This document shows, piece by piece, positions 29,401 through 43,849 of a stretch of 64,000 bases of DNA. This DNA is from the human T2T-CHM13v2.0 reference genome, Homo sapiens. Within the stretch, counting starts at the first letter, position 1. Each line of letters starts with the position of its first letter. Location: the NCBI RefSeq assembly GCF_009914755.1, contig NC_060931.1, one strand, 5' to 3'. The position numbers and the translations under genes were made by a program. The notes under the pieces are model-generated. The model made no database searches, was not told where the DNA came from, and saw nothing but the letters and a program-made list of their open reading frames with translations.

Positions 29401-31061
29401 ATTTTTAAAATAAGGGAATTAATTTAAAATTGTACTTAAATTAAGCGTATTAATTTCAATGACATAAAATTTTAATATTTCAGGAGAAACTATATAAAAT
29501 ACAAATCATTGCTACAAAAAAGGACTTGTTTTATAAACCTGTTTGGAAAATAGTGGCATTACTTGAAAAGAGAAGGCAGCATGAAATGAAGCCGTTAAGA
29601 ACAGACATTCATTAGATTTCTGAAATTTTTGACTCCCCTTCTCTCCTTCCTAAACTGACTATGTGAGGCCCGTTGCCAACCTGGGCCTCAATCCATAAAA
29701 ATACAGAGCAGATAATATCAAATCCTGTCCTACATAACATTTTTCTACCAAAGCATGCTTTAAAATATGTTAATGACCTCTCACAGTGATGTTATTTAAA
29801 ATAGTACGTAGAAATATATTAATCTGTTTCTTTTCTGATAATGTTCTTAAGCAATGTATGAATGAATTAACTTGGATAAATAAAAGAAAATATCCTTAGC
29901 ATATAGATGTATCCATTATTTATTTCCAGTCATGATGCTAGAAAGTTTCATCATTTATTACAAATAAATATAGATCTAATTAATTATCATGAATCTGTCT
30001 TTACATTAGCAAATTGATTCAAAGGGAACTACACCAAAATCTAGGATATGTGATAAAACGCAATTTCTTATAGAAATTGAGCTTATTCATCAAATTTTAA
30101 TTTCTCTAAAAATAAATTTTTTTAAATGTTAATTCTTATTTTATGACTTTTTAAGCCTATATTTACCTATTTCTATTTAGCAACAATCTTTTAATTGAGA
30201 AAAGAACATGATATATACAATATGAGGAAATAAATCTTCAAGAGACAGCTGGGAATGTTATCTGATATAGATATTCTATACTGTGTAACTGTTTTATGTT
30301 CAACAACCACATAGTGTAAATAGCATAGATGTAAGTGAATGAATGAGTGACTTACTAACACCTCGTTAATTACAGAGAAGGGTCTCTTATTTAGCAGCAT
30401 CTGAAAATTAGATCTGAGTAACATGCAGCTCATTTAAGTATATGGAGTCTGTGGAACATCTCAGTCTCTCAATGCTACGTAAATCCTAATACAGTAGTGA
30501 AGCCTGGAGGTATTCCCCTCAACACGGGTTGTGAAGGGACGATGCTCATATTGTAAATACAATACTTCAGATTTAGCCCTCACATTCAAACCCCACTCAA
30601 GCACAATGTTATGGTCTCAGATCGTTGCAAGTGGTGGAAAATGGTGAAATAAGCTAGCAAAATTAAATGTAATAAAACAGTATGTTCTTCTAAGTGGCAT
30701 GGCTCTCTGCTGGATGGAGGTATGGAAGTCATAATTGAATGTCCTGGTGGCATCTATTTTTCTTCTCAGAAATATCATATACCACAGGAAATTGGAAATG
30801 AAGGGAAATGGGAAGGGTGACGCAGAGGTGGAGGTGCCTTGGGAAGCAAAGCCATTCAGACACACTCTCACTGGAGGAGTGACCGAAGAATGAGAGATAA
30901 TGCATCCAGTTTAGCTGGATGAAGGTGTCTCCCACCTTACCAGTGTTCTGTTGAAGGTTTGAACAACATACTCTCAAGAAGGAGGAAGAGAATCATTTGT
31001 GACACTATCTCTCCCTCACCAAAGGTTCCAAAGCTATAATGCTGCCTGAATGATACCTTAG

Positions 31062-31471
<410 letters not shown>

Positions 31472-32547
31472 CTTCATGCGTTCCTAATCCTGAAAGTAGA
31501 CAATCATCTTCCTACAAGAGATTTTTTTATTACAATTAGGGCTGAGACAAAAGATTGTATTTTTGAAAAGGTGGGCTGAAAAGTAAATTGAACTGAACTT
31601 GTGGAACATTTCTCAGGGAAACTTATTGATAGGAACTTCTATGAGACTTTCCATGGAGAATTAGGGATTGGAGTGCAAAGAAGGGCTCCTGTCAGAGGGA
31701 GTGAAGAGTTCACCTTGGTTGACTAGTTCACTTTTGTAGAAAAGCAAATAATTGAGTGAACAGGTTTCTTTAGTATTTTTCGATTGGTCTCCTCATCCTC
31801 AGAAAGGTTCAGTTGCATACAAGAATTGAAGGGAGAAGAAATTTCTGACAGAAAATTGTGTGTTCACATAGTACATCAGAGACCAAATTTGGAGAAACTT
31901 TACTACCCATTATCTAAAGCCCCAAGGAAACTTGAGAGAGGCTCACTTTAGGTTTAGGAATAATGGAAAGGACAAACTCTATAGCTGTCCTTTATATTTA
32001 TCTTTTTGAAACACACACTCCAGTCATAGAACATGGGTGCAGATCCAGGTAACTTGCGCAGGTTATGCTACCTCTGGCAAGACCAACGAGCAAATGGGAA
32101 AGCTGCTCTATATGAAATGTTGCTGTTGGAGAACCAACCTGCAAATAACCCTATGCTGGACATAATCAGGCACCCCCACAAATAGTTCCTTCTCCAGCAG
32201 GGTTTTAATAATGTTAATTCAATGCTGTGGTTCCCCTGTAGCATTTTATGGTATGGAAAGTCTTTATATTTGAGGTCCAATTAGACATAAATATGGCCAT
32301 AAGAAGCTAGGCTCTTTAACTTTAGCTAGATCTGTTATCAAATTTACTCACCTCAGGCTGGGGAAATATTGAAGTTGCATTTTACAGGACATCTTGGCCT
32401 TTATTAACTATTTTTAAAACGGCAGGATCCTTCTCAAAATGGCTAAAACCATGAGGCTTAAAGAATTGCCATCAACTGTTTGGCTTTGACCAAGGAAAAT
32501 GCATTATTTATCTTTCTGTCACCTTTTTAGCTGTGACAACAAATAAA

Positions 32548-32578
32548 GTGTGTGAGTGTGTGTGTGTGTGTGCGTGTG
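32548..32578 (+). repeat. (TG)n microsatellite
   Basis: Imperfect TG run. Confidence 0.85.
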
Positions 32579-35151
32579 GGTATGATAGAGAGACAGAAAT
32601 GGAGATGGGGAGTGGGGGTGACTGGGATAGTGAAGGGCTGTAACAGTGTATGCATATTGTCTGGCTATTTGTAGTTTGATGTGTCTGTGCATCTGAAACC
32701 TATGCAGATGTGGGAGGAGAGAGGAAACTGTAGTTGAGGTGGGCAGTATAAAGTTATGAAAAATAAAATTTTTGAAACTATACTAGTAGTTTCCTAACTA
32801 TAGAGGTCATATGTTTAAAAATTCCTATGTGAGAAAAGGTATAGTGAAGAAAAATAAAATGGAGTAATTGAAATAAAAAATTAACCAATTAAAGCTTTTA
32901 TACTTTTATGTTCACTACACAAAGCAGAAAAGAAACTATTAGGCTCCCTCTCTTCACTGCAGTCTCAAAAAGATGCATGCACAGCTGTTGCATCAAGTTG
33001 AGGATTAGGTAAAAGTCAATGCAATGTTTATAGAGTCTGAGTCCATGAGGTCCAGGGTCAGCTTAGCCATGCAGCCAGACAAAACCACCAATAAAGCTAT
33101 TTTTAAATAATTTAAGTTCATATGGACTTTTAAAAGTCCATGAAGAAGACATATATCTACTGCAATACTTAAAATCCTCCTTTTCTCTTTCATCAGCTTC
33201 TCTCTCATATGGTAACTTCTGTGCCTCTCTCTTCAAACTGTATCTGATAAACTTTCATGAAAGTTTTAGTCCTTAAACCCTGCTAGTATGCAAATTGTTC
33301 TCTTTCTGCCCATATTCCTTCTTCTAATATGCATCATGAAAGCCTCAAAGACCAATCAAGCAAGACAGGACATTATTTGGGAACCAGTATGGGTGGAAAA
33401 ATACACTAGATAAAGCCAGAATTTAGTTTAGTAGATAGGAAGAGAAAATAGGTCAGTATCATTTATTGTTTAATAAATTTGCCATCTCACATTCCAACTT
33501 TTTGTTTTTTCTTTATCCAAATGCTTAATGTCTTTCTGATTTGATGACGTAGACATGCTGACATCTACATGCCAATTCCTTCCTTCCTGTATCCATGCCC
33601 TTATATCCCTAGTTCGTGTTCATCAACTTCTTTGGTACATGAGAAAGCTCATTCATGTCACTTCTAGGGACTAAGTTTTCTTCCTTTAAACATGGCTTAT
33701 CTTTTCCAAATCTTAACTGCAAATTAAAGTATTTTTTCTTGCTATTTTATTTACTTCCCTTTTCTATTCCTAACCCTAGTTCTTTCTTCTTTAGCAATCA
33801 ACAAGAGTGATTTGAAAAGTCACATATACTAGAATTCCAAATTGAACAATTAACACAGATACATACATAAATAAATTAACAAATTATCAAGTTTTGCCAA
33901 AGGAGAACTTCTTCTTGGGAAAAGACTACTATATTTCCAAGACTACCTTAGCTGCTACAATAAACTTTTTAACACAAAGATTATGTTTTGTTGAAGGCAT
34001 AACTGCATACTTAAAATTGGGTGGTACAATTTGCTATGTGTTTCTTCTGCCCAGTGATCGCAAATGCCCCCTTTTACTTTACTGCAACAGCTGCTTCAAC
34101 ATCCTGTTCACAGTAGTGTTGGGTTGCATCAAGGATCACTGAAATGCCAGAAGATTGGCTGTGGTCCAGAATCTTGGTGGCGGTGATATTATCTGGTCAT
34201 TTTAGATAAAGTATGCTTTCAATTGATGGTGATGAAATATATTATGAATAAGATACAGTAATTATAACAGATGAGATCTCACAAATATGCAATAGGCCAT
34301 AATCTGCCACTATTCTTTAAGCCTTTAGTTTGGTTAGAAATCTGAAGCCAATATCATAGACTACTCTGCCTTCCAACCTAACCAATTTTGATTTACTGTT
34401 GCATTGAGTGCATTATTTCACAATGTGTGCTACCTAAGTGTGTGTGTAGCAATAGCTTTAATTCTAGTTTGGCTGATAGAAATAGTCAATGCATGTCATA
34501 TGTCCATAGCAAAATGTTAAAAAATGCTACATTAACCCTTCCAAGCAGTCGTTTAATGCTAAATGGAATAGCCAGAACCAGTTTTTGCATGCATGTTGCC
34601 ATGCTTTGTGTCACATGCCCCCAGAAACCCAACCGAACCACATTGGGGCATGTAAAGATCAATGCCTGACCACAGAAGACCTGGCCCAACAACTTCTAAT
34701 GACTGCTGATTAGAGAAGCTGTCGTGGGTAGAGAGTAAACATGATCATGTGATTCTCTTTTTCAGACTATGAATGCAACAAAGAGGCTGCATTTCTTTTT
34801 TTAAAAATAAACAAATAAACAAAACACAGAAGCAAACTTTGGTGCTGTAAAAGTGAAGGAGACAAAACATTGAGAAGAATAGGACCACAGAGTCAAAGTT
34901 CGGATAAAGACTTGGCTACAAGGAGGAAGGAACAAGGAGGTGGCCACAGACTAAGGTTCCTTGACTGGCCTTCCTAGGATTACAGTTTAAATTCATGGAA
35001 AATATAGATTTTATGTTACGAAGCACATTTATCATGCAAGATCTGTGGTGTTGACATATGAAAAGCTGTTGTTTTTTCCAAATAATAAAGAAAGAAGTAG
35101 AAAAAAAACTCTAGCAAGCTTCTGAAAATGAAATATTTACATATCATTTGC

Positions 35152-35250
35152 ATTTTTTCTGGTAAAATATACATAACCTAAAGTTTATCATTTTAACCAT
35201 TTTTAAATGTACAATTTAATGGCATTAAGTATATTCACAATGTTGTGAAA
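35152..35250 (-). mobile_element. L1M 3'-end fragment
   Basis: ggtaaaatatacataacctaaagtttatcattttaaccatttttaaatgtacaatttaatggcattaagtatattcacaatgttgtg is a typical antisense L1MA/MB 3' end. Confidence 0.7.
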
Positions 35251-36595
35251 ATTAAAGAGGGTCAGGGCAGAGTAGGGCAAGGTTGGTTTGAAAACCTCCT
35301 CACCATAATTTTTATTGTTTTACAACCAGGATTTTTGCTATTAGGCATGATTTAAAAGTGCTACCTAAAAAAAAACTTGTGGTAATTAAGCCACTTATTT
35401 ATTACTTGGCCTGTGGCCTATTCTTATCAAACCAGAAGTTAAATTTACTTTCTGTGAGCCTAAGGCTATACTGGAAAATACAGTTCTTGTTCAAAACAGC
35501 TTAATTCATATATATTTTAACAACCTAGAAATACATACATATAGTCATTCTCTTTCTGGTTACAGACACACCTACACATTCAGAAAAAAAGTTTAAACTC
35601 AGGGTTTTTAAAAAATTTTCACCAATTGGTGTTTCATTTTAAAAAAACAAGTACCTTTTAATTGTTTGATAGAAAGACATCTTTTGAATAATCAACCACA
35701 ATAGGAGAATCTGAGATATTTGAACACCATTTTAATTCAAAAAACTATGCTTTTTTAAATCACAGTGCTAGGGGCTCTTTTGAGAGACTAAATCCTGAAT
35801 CTATAAAATAAAGATAACTGCATATGTTAAAACAGAGTTACTAACATTTACTCATATTCAAATTTCAGTGTCTATTCAATACCTCAGACCAGTAGTGGTG
35901 GACACTGAATAAAGCATGCATAGTTTTGAGGTCCCCTCTAAGAAACATAATGCAAGTATACAAATGCAAAAGTCACTATTTATTCCAAATGAAAAAGCAA
36001 CCACAAGTTTACTTTTTTTAAGTGGCAAACACACAAATATTTAAACACCTAGAAATATGGGCTAATATTTGTACTGATTAGTCTGACCCATCTCTGAATT
36101 ACTTTTTTCGCTATGCTTTTGGCTATATGCTTTTGGTGTACTTTTCATATAAGGATGATTTTGTAATATTGATTTCTATTGAGAGGTTAGGAAGATAACT
36201 CATTCTTTTCTCAAATGGACAATATTGTGGGGGTTTTTTGTACTAATAGTATAGGTAAGCATCTTGCAGCTTCACAATTCTTTACTTAGCATCGCATAAA
36301 TGTTTAGGATTGTTTAAAAACTTGAGTAAACCTCTACCATGTTTCTGATTTCATCTATGAGCTGTGTGATTTCAAGGCAGGTGACATTTTCTTGCATAGT
36401 TCCAATCTTAAATGTTCTTGTACATTGACAATACTCATTAACCAGTTTGTTACTTATGTTCATATAAATTGTATCTTTCTTCACTATTCCTCAAATCAAT
36501 ATTTTTTCATTTCCTATTTAAAAATTTACGATTTTCATAATTTTCTATGTTGTTACATTTTTATTTTTCAAAGTTTCTTGGATATTCTGATCCTT

Positions 36596-36912
36596 AAAAA
36601 AAAAAAAAAAAAGAAAAAGTCTCGTTCTGTTGCCCAGGCTGGAGTTCAGTGGTGCCATGATAGCTCATTGCAGCCTCGAGCTCCTGGGCTCAAGCTCAAG
36701 CCATCTTCCTGCCTCAGTCTCCTGAGTAGCTGGGACTATAGGTGCACATCACCATTTCTAGCTAATTTCTAAAAAAAAAAAAAAAAAAAAAATGTTGTGA
36801 CGGGGTATCACTATGTTGCTCAGGCTGGTCTTGAGCTCCTGGCTTCAAGCAATCCTTATGCCTCATCCTCCCAAAGTGTTGGAATTACAGGCATGAACCA
36901 TGGCACCTGAAC
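36596..36912 (-). mobile_element. AluJ with A-runs where T-runs are expected
   Basis: Antisense Alu body (gtctcgttctgttgcccaggctgg...tagctcattgcagcctc) with A17 at the tail position and A22 at the linker. Confidence 0.88.
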
Positions 36913-37098
36913 CCTTTTTCTTATCTTCATAATTTAGGCAATCAGAATTTTTACTGTGATATAATAAGGATTTCTGACATTTTGAAGTGTCTTCCATTCT
37001 TCTTTAAGTTTACTTGCTTTTTTTGTTTTGCTTCAACTGGGATGCTTCCTGAAAATCATACTCGAATTTTGATGAGATCAATAGTTTTCAATAAAAGA

Positions 37099-37401
37099 AG
37101 CCGGATGCAGTGGCTCACGCCTGTAATCCTAGCACTTTGGGAGGCCAAGGTGGGGGACTGCTTGAGGCCAGGAGTTTGAGACCAATGCAGGCAACATGGT
37201 GAAACCCTGTTTCTACTAAGAATAAAAAAGCTAGCTGGGTGTGGTGGCGTATGCCTGTAGTTCCAGCAACTAGGGAGGCTGAGGCCAGAGGATCACCTGA
37301 GCCCAGGAGATTGTGGCTGCAGTGAGCCATGATCACGCCACTGCACTCCAGCTTGGGTGACAGGGTGAGACCCTGTCTCACTGACTCAAAAAAAAAAAAA
37401 A
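37099..37401 (+). mobile_element. AluJ
   Basis: gcttgaggccaggagtttgagacc and gagcccaggag...gctgcagtgagccatgatcacgcc, followed by a poly(A) tail. Confidence 0.92.
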
Positions 37402-37877
37402 GGAAAGAAGAAAACTAAGGTGAAATTAAAGAAAAAGCCATTTTTAAACTGACAGTACTGTACTGAGGTATATAATTGTGTAAATTAATACTACACACAT
37501 TGGCTTATTGATGGACGTTGATAAGAGTTTTTTTACTGAACTAGTATTTCTTCAGGTCATTTCACTGAGTCAGTAGCAATTTACATATTTTGGTTGTAAC
37601 AGCCAGACTTCTTCAGTTCATTTTACAGCAAACAGGCTAAGATACAATCTAATATATTTGAAAACATAAGATGTGTGACTTCACAGTTACATTAATTGCT
37701 TATAGTACTACAAAACTTTGGTGACTCACAAATAAGAATTCTGATCAATATAATTTTGCTGAATCTCCATATTGAAAAAAGTATACATTATGCATTTATA
37801 ATTCTACATATTTCACCAGCAAGTATATTGCTAATAAGGGAGACTATTTTTGACAAGGCATTGATGAGAACCGAATC

Positions 37878-38182
37878 TTTTGCTTTTTTGTTTTTTGAGG
37901 CAGGGTCTCACTCCTGTCACTCAGGCTGGAGTGCAGTGGCACGATCCACGGATCGCTGCAGCCTCGACTTCCTGGGCTCAGGTGATCCTCCCACCTCAGC
38001 CTCCCAAGTAGTTGGGACCACAGATGCATGTCACCACATCTGGCGAATTTTTCTGTAATTTTAGTAGAAACCGGGTTTTGCCATATTGCCCAAGCTGGTC
38101 CTGAACTCCTGGGCTCAAGTGATCTGCTTACCTCTACCTCCCAAATTGCTGGGATTACAGGTGTGAGCCACCACAACCAGCC
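37878..38182 (-). mobile_element. AluJ
   Basis: gaggcagggtctcactc...gcagcctcgacttcctgggctcaggtgatcctccc...gtgagccaccacaaccagcc. Confidence 0.92.
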
Positions 38183-38627
38183 TGCTCATAATTTTATACA
38201 TCACATAATTGTAAGAAGTTTCCACATACTTCTTGTTTCATCTATTTAAAATGTGTCCCTCAAACCTCCCCTGCCCCTGACCCCTCTGTTTGATCCATCT
38301 ACTTCCAGTGCTCATTGCTATAGCACACATCTATAGGATGGTATGGGTATGACCCTGCACCTTTGTGTCAGAACAGTGTGAGTCAGTACAGCAGGCACGA
38401 AAGTATTCCTAGAAGCCAGCCCTACAAACTACATAAATATATCTTCCTAGATTCACATAAAAGGTATGTCTTACTCGAATTCCCATCAGATCCTCAACTT
38501 GCTCAGAACTCCAAAGCCACCCAACCAAAGGATAAGTGTAACAGAGAGAATGCTGAAGTGGAAAGAAAGAGGTTTTAACCAAGTGAAAACATTTCATTGC
38601 AAATTTTACAAAAATCATAAAACCACA

Positions 38628-39097
38628 TGTGGTGGTGGGTTGAAAGGTGGCCCCCCAAAAGATATGCCTATGTCCTGGCCCCCAGTCCCATAAATGTGAC
38701 CTTATTTGGGTAGAGTCTTTGCAGATGCAATTTAGTTAAGGATCTTAAGAGGAAACCATTCTGAATTGCCGAGGTGGACCCTGAGTCCACTGACAAGCAT
38801 CCTTTTAAGAAAAGAGAAGGCAGGCGTCTTTATGAGAGAAGATAAACATCCTTATGAGAGAGGACATAGACTCAGAGAAGGCCATCTGAAGACGAAGTGA
38901 CACAGACATAAGGAATGCCTACCGCCACCAGAAGCCAGAAGAGGCAAGGCAGTGTTCTCCCCTAGAGCCTCCAGGGAGAGTGCAGCTCTGTGACTTCTTG
39001 ATCTCGGACCTCTGGCCCCCTGAACTGGGAAGAAATTTCTGTTGTTTTAAATCATCATGTTTCTGGTAATTTATTACAGCAACCCTAGGACTAACAC
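38628..39097 (+). mobile_element. MLT1B/C solo LTR
   Basis: tgtggtggtgggttgaaaggtggccccccaaaagatatg...aatgtgaccttatttgg at the start and ttattacagcaaccctaggactaacac at the end. Confidence 0.85.
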
Positions 39098-39259
39098 TCC
39101 ATATCAACACTAGAGTCCTTTCCAGAACCTTATTAAGAGATTCAAGTCAATGTGGGGCTCTGACGCTGAAGCTTCCTTAGCTCTACAGTAGATTTCCTCT
39201 GCCTTGAATAAAAGGACAGCCAAACTTTTCTTGTCTAATGTTATATTTGAAATAATTTC

Positions 39260-40215
39260 ACATTTATTCTTCACGCAGATTCTCCAATTATTGATATTTG
39301 ATAACATTTTGATATATATGTAGATAATAAAAAACTGTTTAGAAAAAAATTGTTCATAAAAACAAATTTCTGTAATTGTTCAAAAAAAAATGTGTAGTTA
39401 ACAGCCATGATTCTCTCTGCTCCAAATACTTCTGCGCATAATCCCTAAGAAAAAAATCATTCTCTTACATGTCTACAGTTTGATACAAGAATCAAGAAAT
39501 TAACAATGATTCAGTAATATTATCTAATTTAAAGACTATATTTTTTTCTCAATTGTTCTAATAATGTTTTTAAAGAAAAATCTGGTCAACATTGTAATCA
39601 AAGATCATATGTCATGTCCTTTGGTCTCCTTTAGTTTGAAATTATTCTCTTTTTTTTTTTGGCTTACAATTTTGAAGACTATAGGTCAATTATTTTGTAG
39701 AATATCCCCTAATTTGGGTTTGTCTGATATTCCCCTATGATTAGATTCAGGTTACACATTTTTCTATAGATTGTTACAGAATACTACATTTCTGTAGAAT
39801 GCTACAGTAGTAATGTTGGGTTCTTCCAGAGCATCATATTAGGGGCACATGATATTGGTTTGCCTTATTTTTGTTGATGTTAAACATTAATCACTTGGGT
39901 TTCAGTGTTAGACAAGTACTTGTAAAACTGCTATGTTTCCCTTGTATTTAATAAATATTTTGGAGGAGATACTTTGATACTACATAAATATCCTGTTCCT
40001 CATCACATTTTTACCCACTTGTTCTAGAATCAGCTAATCATTCCTGTCTGAACTGATTATTAATATGATTGCTCCCAAGTGATGATTTTTTCAAACACCA
40101 TCATTCCTTCAACATTTGTTAATGGTTGACATTATACTTAAGAAAGAGTTTTTGCTTCTTTGTCATTTATCTCTCACAAATTTGGCCAATGGGAGCTCAT
40201 TTAAACTGGTTCATA
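39260..40215 (-). mobile_element. L1MC-type 3' region
   Basis: ttttgaagactataggtcaattattttgtagaat...atttgggtttgtctgat...tgattagattcaggtta and ggaggagatactttgatactac. Confidence 0.65.
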
Positions 40216-40267
40216 AGGACATCGTAAACTTTTTATGGGGTCTAATAAGATCTGAGATGGATAGGTA

Positions 40268-41075
40268 TGGTATAATAAAAAAATGTATTTGGTTTGTCTC
40301 TGATTGCTGGCACAGAGCTACTAAAATGCTTGGAATTTCTTGAGTAGGAGGAGTACCTTTTGTTATTTATGACAAGCACCTTTTTAACTCCACCTGAGTT
40401 ATGTTAATTAGGTGACTTAGCAGTCCCTAGATTGCTTCACGATGGGGGCTGATCACCAGAAAAACCAACAAGGTGGTTAGAGTTAGAACTTTCTAAACTC
40501 TCCTCCAGCCCTCTGGGAGGGAAGAGAGGCTGGAGATTGAGTTCAGTCATCAGTGGCTAAAGCTTCAATTAGTCATGCCTACAAAATGAAACCTGCATAA
40601 AAAACAAACAAACAAAAAAACCTTAAATAATCGGGTATGGAGAGTTTCCAGGTTGGTGAACATATCAAGGTGTCAGGAGGGCATGGAAGCTCCATACCCC
40701 ACTTAACCCTCATTTCCTGCCCTCTGCGTCTCTTCCATTTGGCTGCTCCTGAGTTGCATTCATTGTATTAAGATGGCAAACATAGATAGTGTTTTTCTGA
40801 GTTCTCTGAGGAGTTCTAGTGAATTATCAAATCTTGGGGAGGGATGTGGGAACCCTTCAAGTTGTCACCAAGTTGAACAAAAGTGCAGGTAGTCTGGGGA
40901 CCCAAGACTTGCAACTGGCATCTGAAGTAAGGGCAATTTTGTGGGAATGAGCCTTTAAACCTGTGGAGGCTGACACTAACTCTAGGTAGTGTTAGAATAG
41001 TACTGAATTGTAGAAGACACTCAGTTGGTGTCCACAGAAAATGGAAGAATCATTTAGTGACAGAAAAACTTCAGA
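40268..41075 (+). mobile_element. MER21-family LTR
   Basis: gctggcacagagctactaaaatgcttggaatttc, gggggctgatcaccagaaaaacc, gcaactggcatctgaagtaagggcaattttgtggga and agttggtgtcc. Confidence 0.75.
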
Positions 41076-43849
41076 GTAGGGATAAGCCAGTCTCCCAAAG
41101 GCTAGACACACAGAATCAGTTTACAACCTTTTCCTAAAACAAGTCTTTGAATAAAAAACAGATCTAGGATGAAAACAGTTTCCACAACCCTGGACAGCAA
41201 TGAGGAAGTTAGGAGAAAGAAATGAAACTAAGACAGTAGGGGATTTTACATTTCACACCTGGTCCGCAGCCTAATGTCCCCTCTGCTGTTCTGAGGATCT
41301 CATGATCCTCCCAAGTCTTCACTGAGTCATCATGGAAAATAAAATGACAGACTCACATTTTACAGCTGGATTTTGTGAATTACAAGAACAAGAGAGATAT
41401 ACACAAGCTCAATGTGACTCCTCACTACACCTTAGTTTCTTAGTCGAACTTGGTAGGTGTGATTTATATCCAAAATACAGTCAGGGATTGCATTTTCAAT
41501 ATTTAATTCTATGAACTTCCAGAATAGTTTACTAGCAATTGCCAGAAATAAACTTATATAGCTTGCCCAATGAGCTGTTTCAGGAATTTTTAATGGGAAA
41601 TGTTATCTCCCGTGAATTTAACTGAGTCACTGATATATAGTTTAATAATATCTTCTAAGGATTCCAACTTTAAAGCAGGAAGCTATTCCTTAAAAAGAAT
41701 TTGTTTTGCTGTACTTTATTGTGTATTCAAAGATTTTAACAGGAATTTTAGCAAATAAAATTAATTATATGAATCAATTAATTTATAGTAGCTATTGTAC
41801 AGTTATGCTAAAATATACATTTAGAACTAATTTTGGTCATTCATTACTGTTTAGTAAGGTTTTAAAATTTAGTATCTATCTAATGATATTGCAAATCCAA
41901 AACCAACATGGTTCATTTACGTAATCTATCTTTCATTGTTTTTGTTTTACAGAATTTAAAAAACAAACAAAAAACATAAATTATGTTTTGTTCTAAAGAT
42001 AGTACCATATTCTTTATATAAATACCTGTCCTTAAAGAATTCAATCATGACACTCTGATCAAATCAGTTATAAAATTACCACTTTTCCACATTCTTGTAC
42101 AAATACCTTGACTCATAAAGCTATGTGCCATTAATCATTTCATTGTTAGGTAAAATTGCATCTTATCAAGGAAAACTCATGCTTGAATCAATAAGAGTAT
42201 CAAAAAACTTACTTTTTACAAAAGCAAATAATAATACCCTCCACATAAGGCTTGTTCTGTAGAGTAAATCTGGATTGAAGAGCCACAATCTATGACCCCA
42301 ATAAGTGATAATTTTTAAGAAAACTTGTGTAGAAGAGCAGGATCTAAAAATTAAAACTTCCATTATTGTGGTTAACCAGACAATATACATTTCAATAAAG
42401 TTAATATTTTTTTTCTTATACCCACACATACTTCATCCAAGAGAAGGGGATTATATACAACTCCAATTGACTATGAAAAGGATTACACTGACTAGCACAG
42501 TGCTATTAAGCTTGAAATTAACTATTGAGATTTAACATATTGTGAAACAATAGATACATAATGCATATTAAAATCATTATTAAAATAGTAGAGGAGGCCA
42601 GAGCAATAACAGTAGATGAGGAACATTCAATGTTCAGAGCATAAGTGTTACTATGACAGTGACTCACATCTATGGCACAGGGTCAGTGTTAAATTAGCAG
42701 AAAGAACTTGAGAAAGAAATGCCTAAATACATGCTATGGAGACTGCTGTGCTTTGACCAAGGTACTAGAAGAAGACTGAGAATACACTTGACAGACAAGT
42801 GCTCCAGTTTATAGAGAAGAAATCTAAGGCTCTGAATTAGTCATAACCATAAGATCCTTCCTAATACATATATAGTATAAATTTGAATAGAAGTCATTCC
42901 TCTCACTTTTTTGGATAGAACTTTAATTTAATGTAATTTCTGTAAGTCATGTTCCTCTTTGTACTGACCTCTAGTCCTGAATTTGGGTGCGTTTTTTCCC
43001 CAAAAGTTTATTTTTAGCCATCATGAAACAGGAACTCTTTTAAAGTTATGATTTCTTGACCTATAAATTGCAAAATTGTACAATAATTTTCAAACTGTGG
43101 TCAATTATTTTTATTCCTACTGTGTTTTCAAAATATAAGTATTTACAAAAACAGTAATTAATTTGGGGTTTTAAATGTAAAGAAAAGTACATCTAACACT
43201 TTTCAATCATTGTTACTATCTGAGTTTCTCAGGGCCTAGAAAATCAACTGAGTTTTTGAGATACTCTTCATTCTGTTCCTCATTAAAACTTTATGCCCTA
43301 CTCCTCATTTAATTGTTAAGAGATAATAAACCAATTCACAAAACATACTGATTTCTGACAACTCCCAAATAACAGGCATTTTTATCAGGAACAATGCATT
43401 GAATGGTGGCTTGTTTTGGTGAAGCTACTTTTGGAAGGAGGGCCTTCCCACACAAACACTTGCCAACCCTGCAAGAACACAGCTCTGGGTATCAAAATCA
43501 TAATGGAATTATTCTGTGGATAAATGAGGACATTAGGACCAAATGGGATTTAAAGTAAGAAAAAAGTGAACAGTGCTGTGTTAATTCAAATCAAAGTGAT
43601 TTTTATTGCTGTCTACCCCACAGACTGATATTTAAGGAAGCGATATTCCTTTATTGCCCTGAAAGTGCCATTGACTATAAACTACTTTCCTTTTTGTTAT
43701 TTTCTTGCCTCTCCTCACCTTAACATTAAACCTTACTCTTTAGTTGCCGTAAAAAATGTTTAAAAGGCTTTCTAAAATATATTGGAAATATCTGGGAACT
43801 ATTAATTGAGTGCTTACCACATGGCAGATATTAAGTCTTTCATCTTATG

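Larger units (their letters stand above)
35890..38290 (-). mobile_element. Ancient hAT-Tip100 (Zaphod-like) transposon remnant interrupted by three Alus
   Basis: The minus strand near 36110-36320 translates to TILNIYAML..KNCEAAR and KRMSYLPNLSIEINITKSSLYE, resembling the hAT C-terminal dimerisation domain (CEAERSFS...ERL..LS.LSIE). Boundaries uncertain. Confidence 0.5.

Noticed and set aside
34090-34780. Unique-looking, moderately GC-rich stretch resembling an exon or conserved element
   Set aside because: No frame gave a recognisable protein, and conservation cannot be judged from one sequence.
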